Assembly: GCA_009773155.1 (NCBI GenBank)
Contig: WOVA01000001.1
Location: 104,035 to 168,034, forward strand
Reading direction: 5' to 3'
Source of the DNA: Elusimicrobiota bacterium
GTDB taxonomy: Bacteria; Elusimicrobiota; Elusimicrobia; Elusimicrobiales; UBA9959
Length of the DNA stretch: 64,000 nucleotides
Within the stretch, counting starts at the first letter, position 1. Every line of letters starts with the position of its first letter. The notes beneath the pieces are model-generated. The model ran no database searches. It was not told where the DNA came from and worked only from the letters and a program-made list of their open reading frames with translations. Below, piece by piece: positions 37,107 through 51,196 of the stretch. The translations under genes and the position numbers were made by a program.

Positions 37107-37954
37107 ACGCGCTGGCGCGCGCCCTCTTCGGCCTGGCCGGCCGCCTCTCCGGAGGAGGCGACCTTTACCGCCATGACTACGACCTCCGCGCCGAAACCTA
37201 CGAGCTGGCCGAGACGCGGCCGCTGACGCGGCGGGCGTCGGAAGAATTCATGGAGGGGCTGAAGGTGTCCCCGGGCTCGCGCTGCCTGGACCTGGGCTGC
37301 GGCACCGCCCACTCCGCGCTGCTGCTCGCCCGGGCGGCGGGACCCTCCGGCAGCGTGGACGCCTGCGACATCTCGGCCGGCATGCTGGCCGTCGCGAAGA
37401 GTCGGGCGGCAAGCGCCGACTGCCACGTAACTTTCACCCGGGCCGGTATGACGGGCTTCCTGGAATCGAGGCCGCCGGCTTCGGCTGACCTGGCCTCCGC
37501 GCTCTGGTCTGCCGAGTACTGCCGGCCGGGGCCGCTGCTGCGCCTGTGCGCCCGCGCGCTGACCCCCGGCGGCAGGGCGGCCATGCTGGTCAGCACGGCG
37601 GAGTCTCTCTCCGAACTGCAGCGGGCCGTCACCCCGGTACTGCTGCGCCGCCCCGGGTTCATACGGCGCTTCCCGCCGATAAACTTCCCTCCCGGCCCGG
37701 CGGCCTTCCGCGCCGCGGCCGAAAGAGGCGGGCTGGCCGTGGAGAGGCTCAAGGAGCGCGAGCTGGCTCACACCTTCAAGGACGCCGCCTCGGTGGTCGA
37801 GTGGCTCAGAAGCTCCGGACCGGCGGCCGGCCTGACCGCGGCCCTTAAGCCGGAGCGCCTTGACGAGTTTTTCGACGCGGTCGCGCGGGAGATAGAGAGG
37901 CGCAGCGGCCTGACGGTAACCTTCCGCTACCTGGAATTCGTCGGAAGAAAATAA
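37103..37954 (+). CDS. Class I SAM-dependent methyltransferase
   Basis: Motif I CLDLGCGTA. ATGA overlap with the preceding radical SAM gene. Confidence 0.8.
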   Translation: MNALARALFGLAGRLSGGGDLYRHDYDLRAETYELAETRPLTRRASEEFMEGLKVSPGSRCLDLGCGTAHSALLLARAAGPSGSVDACDISAGMLAVAKSRAASADCHVTFTRAGMTGFLESRPPASADLASALWSAEYCRPGPLLRLCARALTPGGRAAMLVSTAESLSELQRAVTPVLLRRPGFIRRFPPINFPPGPAAFRAAAERGGLAVERLKERELAHTFKDAASVVEWLRSSGPAAGLTAALKPERLDEFFDAVAREIERRSGLTVTFRYLEFVGRK

Positions 37955-37964
37955 TAAAAAAGAG

Positions 37965-38006
37965 AGCGGCCGGGGAGGTTTCCCTCGCCCGGCCGCTTCC
38001 TTTTTT
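37965..38006. terminator. Bidirectional rho-independent terminator between the methyltransferase gene and gyrA
   Basis: agcggccggg / cccggccgct 10-bp stem, an A-run before and ttccttttttt after. Confidence 0.6.
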
Positions 38007-38025
38007 TCGGCAGGCCCGCGCCCGG

Positions 38026-40524
38026 CTATTTCTTTTCTTCGACCGCGACCTCTCCTTCGTCCACCACCGGCTCCACCGAGGCGATGCGGTCCCCCTCTTC
38101 GAGGCGGACCAGGCGCACGCCCTGGGTGTTGCGGCTGATGACGCGCAGGTCCTTGCAGGGCATGCGGATGATCTTGCCCTTCTCCGTCATCACCATCAGG
38201 TCGTCCCCGTTCTCCACCAGGTGCAGGCCCACGACGTGGCCGTTGCGGTCGGTGGCTTTTATCGTGATGACGCCCGAGCCGCCGCGGTGCTGGTGGCGGT
38301 ATTCGTCGAGGTCGGTGCGCTTGCCGTAGCCGTTGACGCAGACCGTCAGCAGGGTCTTCTTCGACTTGGGCTCGGCGACCTCCATGCCTATGACCTGGTC
38401 GTCCTTGTCCAGGCGGATGCCGCGCACTCCCATGGCCCCGCGGCCCATCGCGCGCACGTCGCTCTCGGCGAACCGGATCGACATGCCCTGCCTGGTGCCG
38501 ATTATTATCTCGTGCCTGCCTTCGGTGTGCTCGACGCTGGTCAGCACGTCGCCGTCCTCCAGGCCGATGGCGCGGATGCCGCTGCGCCGGATATTGGCGA
38601 AGTCGGCGATGGGGGTCTTCTTGATGTTGCCCTTGCGGGTGCACATCACGATGAAGCTCTCCTTGCCCTTGGCCTCTTCGAACGACTCGACCGCGAGCAC
38701 CGAGGTGACCTTCTCGTCCTTTATCTGCAGCAGGTTCACTATCGCCTTGCCGCGGGACGTGCGGTTGCCTTCGGGGACTTCGTAGCCCTTGAGCGCGTAC
38801 ACCGTGCCGCGCGTGGTGAACATCAGTATGGTGGCGTGGCTGGAGGTGACGAAGAGCTTCTCTATGAAATCCTCCTCCTTCACGTCGGAGCCGATGATGC
38901 CCTTGCCGCCGCGGCCCTGCACCTTATAGGTATCGGCCGGGATGCGCTTGATGTAGCCGCCGTGGCTCATCGTGATAACGACGCGTTCCTCTGGGATCAG
39001 GTCCTCGATGTCGAGTTCCTGCGCCTCGCCGGTGATGTCGGTCTTGCGCTTGTCGCCGTACTTCCCCTTCATGTACTCGAGTTCTTCGACGATGATCTTG
39101 AGCACTTTTTTGGGGTCGGCCAGGATGGCGCGGAGCTCGGCGACGAGCTTCATCAGGGCCTTGTGCTCCTCCTCGATGGCGCCGGTCTCCAGGCGGGTGA
39201 GCTGGTGCAGGCGCATGTCCAGGATGGCCTGGGCCTGTATGTCGCTCAGCGCGAACCTGGCCATCAGCTTTCCCTTGGCCTCGAGCGCGTCCTTGGACTT
39301 TTTGATTATCTCCACTACGGCGTCGATGTTCTGGAGGGCTATCAGGTAGCCTTCCAGTATATGGGCGCGGGCCAGGGCCTTCTTAAGGTCGTACCTGGTG
39401 CGGTTGACCACCATCAGTCTGCGGTGGCGCACGTACTGCGACATGACCTCTTTGACGGGCAGCACGCGCGGGCGGCCGTCCACGATGGCCAGCATGATGA
39501 CGCCGAAGCTGGTCTCCAGCTGCGTGTGCTTGTAAAGCTGGTTGAGCACGACCTGGGCATTGCCGTCGCGCTTGATCTCTATGACGACGCGCATGCCGCG
39601 GCGGTCCGACTCGTCGCGGATATCGGAGATGTCGGGGATCTTCTTGTCCTTGACGAGCTCGGCTATGTTCTCTATCAGCGTCGACTTGTTGACCTGGTAG
39701 GGGATCTCGGTGATAATGATGGCCTCGCGGTTGCCCTTGATCTCCTCTATCTCGGTGCGGGCCTGTATCTTGACGGAGCCGCGGCCGGTCTCGAAGTAAT
39801 CCTTGATGCCCTTGCGCCCGCGGATGATGCCGCCGGTCGGGAAGTCGGGGCCCTTGAGGATCTTCATCAGTTCTTTGACTTCGAGGTCCGGGTTAGCTAT
39901 GACGGCCATGGTAGCGTCGCAGACCTCGGTCAGGTTATGGGTGGGGATATTGGTGGCCATGCCTACCGCGATGCCCGAGGAGCCGTTGACCAGCAGGTTG
40001 GGCAGCTTGGCGGGCAGTACGCTGGGCTCCGTCATGGAGCCGTCGTAGTTGGGGACCCACTTCACGGTCTCCTTCTCTATGTCGGCCAGCAGCTCGCCGG
40101 CGATGCCCGAAAGGCGGGCCTCGGTGTAGCGCATCGCGGCCGCGGGGTCGCCGTCCACCGAGCCGAAGTTGCCCTGGCCGTCCACCAGCGGGTAGCGCAG
40201 GGAGAAACTCTGCGCCATGCGCACCAGCGTGTCGTAGATGGCGGAGTCGCCGTGCGGGTGGTATTTACCCATGACGTCGCCGACTATGCGGGCGGACTTC
40301 TTAAAGGGCTTGTTGTGCTGCAGGCCCATGTCGTCCATGGTGTAGAGCACGCGGCGGTGCACGGGCTTGAGGCCGTCGCGCACGTCGGGCAGCGCGCGGC
40401 CCACGATGACGCTCATCGAATAGTCTATGTAGGACGCCTTCATCTCCTCGCTGATATCGCGGTCGACGATATTGGCGAAGAGGTTGTCCACCGGCTGGTT
40501 CTTGTCGTTCTTGTTGGCTGTCAT
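38026..40524 (-). CDS. gyrA: DNA gyrase subunit A
   Basis: [24 protein letters not shown], the active-site region AAMRYTE, and a C-terminal beta-pinwheel. Confidence 0.95.
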   Translation of the reverse strand: MTANKNDKNQPVDNLFANIVDRDISEEMKASYIDYSMSVIVGRALPDVRDGLKPVHRRVLYTMDDMGLQHNKPFKKSARIVGDVMGKYHPHGDSAIYDTLVRMAQSFSLRYPLVDGQGNFGSVDGDPAAAMRYTEARLSGIAGELLADIEKETVKWVPNYDGSMTEPSVLPAKLPNLLVNGSSGIAVGMATNIPTHNLTEVCDATMAVIANPDLEVKELMKILKGPDFPTGGIIRGRKGIKDYFETGRGSVKIQARTEIEEIKGNREAIIITEIPYQVNKSTLIENIAELVKDKKIPDISDIRDESDRRGMRVVIEIKRDGNAQVVLNQLYKHTQLETSFGVIMLAIVDGRPRVLPVKEVMSQYVRHRRLMVVNRTRYDLKKALARAHILEGYLIALQNIDAVVEIIKKSKDALEAKGKLMARFALSDIQAQAILDMRLHQLTRLETGAIEEEHKALMKLVAELRAILADPKKVLKIIVEELEYMKGKYGDKRKTDITGEAQELDIEDLIPEERVVITMSHGGYIKRIPADTYKVQGRGGKGIIGSDVKEEDFIEKLFVTSSHATILMFTTRGTVYALKGYEVPEGNRTSRGKAIVNLLQIKDEKVTSVLAVESFEEAKGKESFIVMCTRKGNIKKTPIADFANIRRSGIRAIGLEDGDVLTSVEHTEGRHEIIIGTRQGMSIRFAESDVRAMGRGAMGVRGIRLDKDDQVIGMEVAEPKSKKTLLTVCVNGYGKRTDLDEYRHQHRGGSGVITIKATDRNGHVVGLHLVENGDDLMVMTEKGKIIRMPCKDLRVISRNTQGVRLVRLEEGDRIASVEPVVDEGEVAVEEKK

Positions 40525-40554
40525 TTTAAAACCGTCTCCTTAAAAAAATGGTCC

Positions 40555-44662
<4,108 letters not shown>

Positions 44663-44672
44663 GCCGGGGCCC

Positions 44673-45797
44673 TCACTGCGCGCGCAACGGCATCACTATG
44701 TAGAGGAATTCCTCTCCCTTGACCGGCTTGATAAGGGCCGGGGTGGAGGGAGCGTTGAATTCCATGAGGGCCTTGGCTTCCCCTATATTCCTGAGCACGT
44801 CCATCACGAACTTGGGATTGAAGCTGACCTGCAGGTCCTTGCCCTTGTAGTCGACGTCCGTCTCGTCCTCGAAATCCATGGTCTGGGACGAGGAGTTGAC
44901 TACCAGCACGCCTTTCTTGAAAGTATATTTGACCGCGCCGCTGCGTTCGTTGGAGCAGAGGGAGGCGCGCTTGGTGAGAGCCAGCAGCCGCGCCGTGTCT
45001 ATCTCGACCGAGGTCTCGCGGGTCCTGGGGATGATCTGCTCGTAGGCGGGAAAGTTCCCCTCGATGAGCCTGGAGACGAAGACCGTCTTTGCGATACGGA
45101 ACCCTATCTGGTTGGAGGAGAGGCCCACCGTCAACTCCTCTTTTTCGCCCAGGTCGGCCGCTGTTATGAACTTGACCAGCTCGCCGAGTATCTTGGACGG
45201 CACGATGACCTTGAAATCATTCTTCGCCTTGACTGCCTGGCTGGTGGCGACGGCCAGGCGGCGGCCGTCGGTGGCCACCACCGAAAAAACTCCCTTTTCG
45301 TATTTCCACAGGAGGCCGTTGAGAAAATGCCTCTCGTCCTCGGCGGCGATCGAGAAGAGGGTCCGCGACACCATATCGGCTATGAGGGAGGCGGGAGCTT
45401 TGAAGGAATTGCTTTCGTCCAGGTCGGGGATCACCGGGTAGTCGGCCTTGGGCGCGCCGCTGATCTTGAACCGGGTCTTGCCGGAGAGGATGGAGACCTT
45501 GTTGCCGTCGTCCACGTTCACGTTCACGTCCGCGTCGGGACCGAGGTTCTGTATTATCTCAAGGAACTTCTTTATAGGGACCGTTATGCTGCCGTCCCCC
45601 TTCACCTCCACGTTTATGTGGTGCTTTATGGCCATCTCGAGGTCGGTGAAGACGACCCTGAGACCCTGGTCCTCGGTCTCCATCAGGAAGTTCTGGAGTA
45701 TGGGCAGGGTCCCCGTCTTGGCCGAGACGCCGGCCTGGATGGTCTGTATTCCCCTGATGAGGTTCTCCCGGTTACTATTTATTTTCATCATCATCAT
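44673..45797 (-). CDS. dnaN: DNA polymerase III beta sliding clamp
   Basis: 374 aa with the three-domain clamp pattern (ILQNFLMETEDQGLRVVFTDLE...). Immediately downstream of dnaA. Confidence 0.95.
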   Translation of the reverse strand: MMMMKINSNRENLIRGIQTIQAGVSAKTGTLPILQNFLMETEDQGLRVVFTDLEMAIKHHINVEVKGDGSITVPIKKFLEIIQNLGPDADVNVNVDDGNKVSILSGKTRFKISGAPKADYPVIPDLDESNSFKAPASLIADMVSRTLFSIAAEDERHFLNGLLWKYEKGVFSVVATDGRRLAVATSQAVKAKNDFKVIVPSKILGELVKFITAADLGEKEELTVGLSSNQIGFRIAKTVFVSRLIEGNFPAYEQIIPRTRETSVEIDTARLLALTKRASLCSNERSGAVKYTFKKGVLVVNSSSQTMDFEDETDVDYKGKDLQVSFNPKFVMDVLRNIGEAKALMEFNAPSTPALIKPVKGEEFLYIVMPLRAQ

Positions 45798-45900
45798 CCT
45801 CTATATATAGCCTGTTAATTCTGTTGAAACTGTTGAAACCATCGGGGGAAGTTCTCCTCCTCCCGCCAAACCGGACTGACAATCTTAACAATGGCCGCCT

Positions 45901-45909
45901 TTATCCACA
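45901..45909 (+). promoter_or_regulatory. Perfect DnaA box TTATCCACA in the dnaA-dnaN intergenic region
   Basis: Exact 9-mer 5 nt from the dnaA stop codon. The adjacent direct repeat ctgttgaaa occurs twice at 45823-45840. Confidence 0.7.
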
Positions 45910-45913
45910 GCTT

Positions 45914-47284
45914 TTACTTGTTGCTGACAGACTTTATCTTGGTTATCAAGGTGTTCACCAGTTCGTTGATGAAGAGGTCGGTGTGCACCATATTCTGTAT
46001 CTTATTGCGCGCGTAGATGACCGTGGTGTGGTCCTTGCCGAAGGCGTCCCCCACGTTGGTGGTGGACAGTTCCGTCAGTTCGCAGGCCAGGTACATCGCG
46101 ATCTGGCGCGGCACCACCACCGAGTCCCGGCGCCCCTTGGAGCGCAGGTCCTTGGTGTCGAGCTGGTACTTCTCGGCCACTACGCTTATTATGGTCTCTA
46201 TGCTGATCTTGTCCCCGTCGTCCTGGTTTATACCCATGTGGTCCTTGATTATCCCGCGGACCACGTCTATGGTGGGCTGCAGCCGCATGTTCATGCAATA
46301 GTTGCCGACCGTCAGCAGGCAGCCGTCGAGTTCCCTGATGCTGGTCTTGACGTTCTCGCCTATGAAGTTGACGACGTCGTCGGGTATCTCGAACTTGTAC
46401 TGGTCGCGCTTCTCGCGCAGGATGGCGATGCGGGTTTCCAGGTCGGGCTGCTTCATGTCGGCTATGGTGCCCGAGAGGAAGCGGGAGACCAGGCGCTGGG
46501 CCAGCGAGAGTTCGCGGGGCGGCCGGTCGGAGGTGACCACTATCTGTTTCTTGGATTCGAACAGCGCGTTGAAGGTGTAGAAGAACTCCTCCTCGCTGCG
46601 CTCCTTGCCCATCAGGAACTGTATATCGTCGAGCAGCAGGCAGTCGAGCTTGCGGTACTTGCCGCGGAAGAGTTCGGCCGAGTTGCTCTTGTTCTGTATG
46701 GTGTCGATGTACTCGTTGACGAAATTCTCGCTGGGGGTGTAGATCACCTTGGCCGCCGGGTTGAGGCGCAGTATCTCGTTGGCTATGGCGTGCATCAGGT
46801 GGGTCTTGCCCAGGCCCGGCGGGCTGTAGATGAAGAAGGGGTTGGAGAGGTGCCCGGGTTTCTCGGCCACGGCCTTGGCCGAGTTGTAGGCCCAGCGGTT
46901 GGACGGCCCCACTATGAAGGTCTGGAAGGTGTAGTTGGGATTGAAGGACGAGTGCGCGGCGGCCTGGGGCCTGGATGCCGGCGCGGCCTGGATCTCGGGC
47001 TGCGGGGCGGGCCGGGGCTCCCTGGGGGCCAGCGAGAGGGAATAATCTATCTTATAGTCTTTACCGGAAAGTTCCGAAAGGGCGCGGATTATCACTTCCT
47101 CGTAGCGCTTTTTAATGGTTTCAAATATAAGAGGGTCGGGCACTTCCAGTTTGACCGTATCGCCCTCGATAACAAGCACCGAGACCGGCCTCATCCAGAG
47201 GTCGAAAGGGTCCTTGCCTATTTCCTGCTCGATTTTGACGCAGGCGTTCTGCCAGAGTTCTTTGCTGTTTATTGAGTTATCCAC
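45914..47284 (-). CDS. dnaA: Chromosomal replication initiator protein DnaA
   Basis: Walker A GPPGLGKTHL, box VII/sensor motifs, and a C-terminal DNA-binding domain (PRQIAMYLACELT...FGKDHTTV). GTG start at 47284. Confidence 0.95.
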   Translation of the reverse strand: MDNSINSKELWQNACVKIEQEIGKDPFDLWMRPVSVLVIEGDTVKLEVPDPLIFETIKKRYEEVIIRALSELSGKDYKIDYSLSLAPREPRPAPQPEIQAAPASRPQAAAHSSFNPNYTFQTFIVGPSNRWAYNSAKAVAEKPGHLSNPFFIYSPPGLGKTHLMHAIANEILRLNPAAKVIYTPSENFVNEYIDTIQNKSNSAELFRGKYRKLDCLLLDDIQFLMGKERSEEEFFYTFNALFESKKQIVVTSDRPPRELSLAQRLVSRFLSGTIADMKQPDLETRIAILREKRDQYKFEIPDDVVNFIGENVKTSIRELDGCLLTVGNYCMNMRLQPTIDVVRGIIKDHMGINQDDGDKISIETIISVVAEKYQLDTKDLRSKGRRDSVVVPRQIAMYLACELTELSTTNVGDAFGKDHTTVIYARNKIQNMVHTDLFINELVNTLITKIKSVSNK

Positions 47285-47296
47285 AACTTATCCACA
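47277..47296 (+). promoter_or_regulatory. Two perfect tandem DnaA boxes (TTATCCACA x2) at the dnaA start
   Basis: ttatccaca at 47277-47285 and 47288-47296, in the same orientation, 2 nt apart. Confidence 0.8.
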
Positions 47297-47553
47297 AGTG
47301 TTAATATCGCGGTGTTTTGACTGAAAAACGTATATAAAATAAGCGTTTTATTTGTTAATTATGCTTTCAGGGCTTGACTTAGCAAGACTTGATCAAAAAA
47401 CGCAAAAAGACCCGGTTTTTCCCTGTGCAAAGACGATTTACGGTAAGGAAAATATTACCTTAAATACATAGAGTGTGTCAACAGGGGCCGGAAAATCAGG
47501 CAGGCGCTTTTTAAAGGCAGGCTGAAAGCCCCTTAAAAGGGGCCCGGATGGCT
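47285..47553. other. Putative chromosomal replication origin (oriC) with AT-rich unwinding region
   Basis: Largest non-coding, strongly AT-rich island in the window (for example aaaaacgtatataaaataagcgttttatttgttaattatgc), immediately upstream of dnaA and abutting the DnaA boxes. Confidence 0.7.
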
Positions 47554-49005
47554 TTATCCGGCCTTTACCCCCACTTTAACCCTTTTGAAGCGGGCCGGGC
47601 TGGAGCCGTGGCACATCGCGGCCGTCTGCGGGGGCTGTCCCTTGCCGCAGTTGGCGACGCCCCAGAGCCGCCATTCGTCCGGGCCGCAGATGGCGTCGCA
47701 GGATCCCCAGAAAGCCGGCGTGATGCCCTGGTAGGTGGGGTTTCGCACCATTTTCTTTATCTTTCCGTTCTCCACCAGCCAGCCGATCTCGCAGCCGAAC
47801 TGGAAGTTCAGCCGCCGCTGGTCTATGCTCCAGGACTTATTGTTCTCCATTATTATTCCGCGCTTCGTTGAGCGGACCAGGTCCTCCATGGAGCCGGCGG
47901 AACCGGGCATGAGGCTGAGGTTGCAGATGCGCGTTATCGGTATATTGGCCGGTCCGTCGGCGCGGCAGGAGCCCTGCGAGCGCCGCAGGCCTACGCGCGG
48001 CGCGAACTCGCGGTTGGTCATGTAGCCGGAGAGTACGCCGTCCTTCACGATATGCCAGCGCTGGGCCTTCACGGCGTCGTCGTCATAGCCGGCCGTGGCC
48101 AGGCCGCCGGGCAGCGTCGCGTCGGCGACCAGGTTCACCATCGGGGAGCCGTAGCGGAAGCTGCCCAGTTTTTCGGTGGTGGCGAAGCTCGAGCCCGCGT
48201 ATGATTCCTCGTAGCCCAGCACGCGGTCGAGCTCGCTGGCGTGGCCGACCGACTCGTGTATCTGCAGCGCCATCTGGTTGCCGTAGGTGATCAGGTCCAG
48301 CTCGCCGGAGGGGCAGTCCGGCGCCTTGAGCAGGGCGACCGCCTCGGAGGCGGCCTTCTCCGCGTGGCCGGGAAGATCGAGCAGGTCGATGAGCTCGTAG
48401 CCCATGGCCAGCGTCTGGCCGCCGTGCGAGCAGGGGTAGCCGCGCTCCTGCACCTGCGCTCCGTCGACGGCCGTGGCGCGGCAGTCGGCGCCGCTCGAAA
48501 GCAGCACCTGCTCTATCCGCGAGCCTTCCGTGGTGGCGTGCCACTGATGCTCGCGGACGAAGCGCATGGAGGAGAGGGCCGACTTTATCCTGCGGTCGCG
48601 CCTCATGAGGCGGTCGGCCTCGAAAAGGGTCCGGAATTTCTCCTCTACCGGCACCGCGAAAGGGTCCTTTATGAACGGCGTCTGCCAGAAATCACGGTAG
48701 GCGGGCTCCGGGGCCAGCCGCACCTTCCGGTCCATCAGCATGGCGCTGGCCCGGGCTATTTCCAGCGCCAGCAGCGAGACGCGCCTGACCTCGGCCCGCG
48801 TCACCAGGCCGCTGGAGGCGAAGCCCCAGGCCCCGCCCAGCAGCACCCGGACGCCGAAGCCCAGGGTCTCCGAGTCGTCGACGGAGCCGGTCTCGCCGTT
48901 GCGCACGCCCAGCGACTGGGCGCGGGTGCGGACTATCCTTATGTCGCCGAAATCCGCCCGGCGGGAGGAGAGTACGTCGATAGCTTCTTCGCAGAGTCCG
49001 AACAT
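47554..49005 (-). CDS. tldD: TldD-family metalloprotease
   Basis: HESVGHASELD (HExxxH) motif. 483 aa. Paired with a PmbA-like gene. Confidence 0.9.
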   Translation of the reverse strand: MFGLCEEAIDVLSSRRADFGDIRIVRTRAQSLGVRNGETGSVDDSETLGFGVRVLLGGAWGFASSGLVTRAEVRRVSLLALEIARASAMLMDRKVRLAPEPAYRDFWQTPFIKDPFAVPVEEKFRTLFEADRLMRRDRRIKSALSSMRFVREHQWHATTEGSRIEQVLLSSGADCRATAVDGAQVQERGYPCSHGGQTLAMGYELIDLLDLPGHAEKAASEAVALLKAPDCPSGELDLITYGNQMALQIHESVGHASELDRVLGYEESYAGSSFATTEKLGSFRYGSPMVNLVADATLPGGLATAGYDDDAVKAQRWHIVKDGVLSGYMTNREFAPRVGLRRSQGSCRADGPANIPITRICNLSLMPGSAGSMEDLVRSTKRGIIMENNKSWSIDQRRLNFQFGCEIGWLVENGKIKKMVRNPTYQGITPAFWGSCDAICGPDEWRLWGVANCGKGQPPQTAAMCHGSSPARFKRVKVGVKAG

Positions 49006-49014
49006 GGCTTCCTC

Positions 49015-50346
49015 CTAGAATCCGGTCGCCGACGAGAAGTTGAATTTGCCGATCTTCATCGCCGGTACGCACATCCTGCCCCACCCATTTATTACCTTCC
49101 GCTCGCGCGAGAGGGCCTCCACGCCGTTCAAAGCCTCTACGACGCTCTGGGTGAAGCGCATGTTCTTCAGGGCCCTGGTGACCCGGCCGTTCTCCACCAG
49201 GAAAGTACCGTTGCGCGTCATGCCCGTCATCTCGACCGTCTTCGGGCGGAGCAGATTGGTGTAGTGGAAAGTGGTGACGAGTATTCCCTTCTTAGTGGAG
49301 CGGATCATCTCGTCGAGAGAGGAGTCTCCCGCTGTCATCTCCAGGTTCTGCGGCATGGGCCCGTAGGTATTGGGCTGGGGCAGGGCGTGGCCGGTGGACC
49401 GCTCTCCGGCTTCGGCCGCGGTCCGGCGGTCGTGAACCACGGCGCGCGCCACTCCCCTTTCGATGAGGACCACCTTTTTGCGCGGCAGGCCCTCGAAATC
49501 GAAGGTAGCCCCGGCCGCGGGCCCTTCCAGCGCGTCGTCGGTTATGGTTATGGAGGGGTGCAGGAGCCGCCTGCCCAGAGCCCCGGAGGCGAAGCTGCGC
49601 CCGTCCAGCCAGGCCCTGCCGCCCAGGCCGCTATAGCCCAGGAAGAACAGCATGTCCCCGACGGCGGCCGGCTCCAGGATCACGGTGTATTTACCGGGGG
49701 GTACGGCGGCGGGCCGTGCCGAGGCCGCGGCTTTATCCATGGCGCGGGCGCCGACGGCGGCGTAGTCTATTTTAGAGGCGTCCGGGGAGTATTGTTCCGC
49801 CCAGCCGTAGCCCTCGCCCTTGCGCGCGGTGACGCCGTAGACGGCGGAAGTCTCGCGGTGGGAGGCGAAGACGCCGGAATTGTTGGCCACTGTGAGGGAG
49901 GAGGCCCCGTTCTCGATGGTGCCGTAGCATTTCATTCCGCGGGCGCGGCAGAGCCGGGCCAGGGCCGCGACTTTCTCGGCGCGGAAAGAAGGTTTGAGCG
50001 CGGCGGTCGCGGGGACGTAAAGACCGGGGGCCGCGGGCCTGAGCGGGCTGGGCGGCGGCGGAAGGAGGAGGCTTTTTTCTTTTTTCTGCAGCTTCAGCGC
50101 GGCCAGCGCTTTTTTTACGGCGGCCGACAGCGCGGCGCCGCCCGGCTGGTTGAGAGAGGTCCGGAATACCCGGCCTTTATCCGTGAGCCGGATAGAGACC
50201 GAGGTCGAGGCCTCCGCCACGTTCTGGGAGATGATATTGTCGGCGAAGCGGGTCAGCGCCGACTCCGACGAGTGCACCAGGACCTCCGCGCGTACGCGGC
50301 CGGCCAGGCGGAATATTTCCGCGCAGGTCTTCTTGTGTTCTTTCAT
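49015..50346 (-). CDS. pmbA: PmbA/TldE-family protein (TldD partner)
   Basis: 443 aa of the TldD/PmbA fold family, lacking the HExxxH motif. Adjacent to tldD. Confidence 0.8.
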   Translation of the reverse strand: MKEHKKTCAEIFRLAGRVRAEVLVHSSESALTRFADNIISQNVAEASTSVSIRLTDKGRVFRTSLNQPGGAALSAAVKKALAALKLQKKEKSLLLPPPPSPLRPAAPGLYVPATAALKPSFRAEKVAALARLCRARGMKCYGTIENGASSLTVANNSGVFASHRETSAVYGVTARKGEGYGWAEQYSPDASKIDYAAVGARAMDKAAASARPAAVPPGKYTVILEPAAVGDMLFFLGYSGLGGRAWLDGRSFASGALGRRLLHPSITITDDALEGPAAGATFDFEGLPRKKVVLIERGVARAVVHDRRTAAEAGERSTGHALPQPNTYGPMPQNLEMTAGDSSLDEMIRSTKKGILVTTFHYTNLLRPKTVEMTGMTRNGTFLVENGRVTRALKNMRFTQSVVEALNGVEALSRERKVINGWGRMCVPAMKIGKFNFSSATGF

Positions 50347-50404
50347 TTTTCCTCCGGTGGGACCGGTTCGGGGTTCGCCGTCCGCCGTGGCGCGACGGCG
50401 GGGA

Positions 50405-51157
50405 TCAGAGGGTGTTGTCTTCCCGGCTTTCTTCGGCGGGAGCGCCGTTGTGATGGCGCTTTCCCCTGCCGTGTTTCTTCTCGCCGTTATGAGGCGTTTC
50501 CTGGGCCCTCTCCGGCGGTTCCCTGAAGAGCGACGGGGAACTCTCCTTGGAGTCTATCCATTTGCGGAGGGTCTCCTCGTCGCGTACGACGTAGGTGTCG
50601 GGAATGGCGTGCACCGTCAGCTTGAGCCGGCGCGCCCTTTCGGAAATGTCCTCGGCCGTCCTGCCGGAGGAGAAAGACAGGTCCTCCAGTACGCGGAGGT
50701 TGTCCTGAGTGAGGCCCAGCGTGTGGAAAGAGCCGTCCTGGGCGGCGCCCAGGGCGACGGTCCTGTCGTCCGTGCGGGCGAGGGCCTGGTCTATCCACTC
50801 CTGTTTTATGGCGGGGCAGAGATGGTTCATCATCACGGCTTTTTTGGCGCCGGTGAAGAAGGCCAGGGTGAAGGCGGTGAGAACTCGTTTGTCGTAGCTC
50901 CGGCCTTTGGCTTCCAGGAAGCCCGGATCCTCCGGATCCAGCCAGGTCAGGTCGGGATGCTTGGGGCTCTTTTCATAGGAAAGTATAAGTATCGCCCCGC
51001 CGTAGGACTTGGCCGACCGGTAGGATTCGTGCATCAGGTCGAGGTTGATGTGGACGGCCCGTTCGGGGCCGAAGACCTTCTTCAGCTCGTGACCGGTCTT
51101 CTCCGGCACGGGAGCGTCCACGAGGAGTATCAGCGCGTTGTCTCTTTTGTCGGCCAT
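50405..51157 (-). CDS. Hypothetical protein, possibly DUF2064 (glycosyltransferase-like) family
   Basis: N-terminal ALILLVDAPVPEKTGHELKK resembles the DUF2064 P-loop-like start. Basic/His-rich C-terminal tail. Weak assignment. Confidence 0.4.
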   Translation of the reverse strand: MADKRDNALILLVDAPVPEKTGHELKKVFGPERAVHINLDLMHESYRSAKSYGGAILILSYEKSPKHPDLTWLDPEDPGFLEAKGRSYDKRVLTAFTLAFFTGAKKAVMMNHLCPAIKQEWIDQALARTDDRTVALGAAQDGSFHTLGLTQDNLRVLEDLSFSSGRTAEDISERARRLKLTVHAIPDTYVVRDEETLRKWIDSKESSPSLFREPPERAQETPHNGEKKHGRGKRHHNGAPAEESREDNTL

Positions 51158-51196
51158 ATTTTCACCGGAGGCTAGGTAAATTATATTATAGCACTT

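Noticed and set aside
47528-47543. Palindrome GCCCCTTAAAAGGGGC next to the AT-rich origin region as an origin element
   Set aside because: It lies immediately after the tldD stop codon on the minus strand. It is more simply a weak intrinsic terminator hairpin for tldD, and it bears no resemblance to DnaA, IHF or Fis consensus sites.
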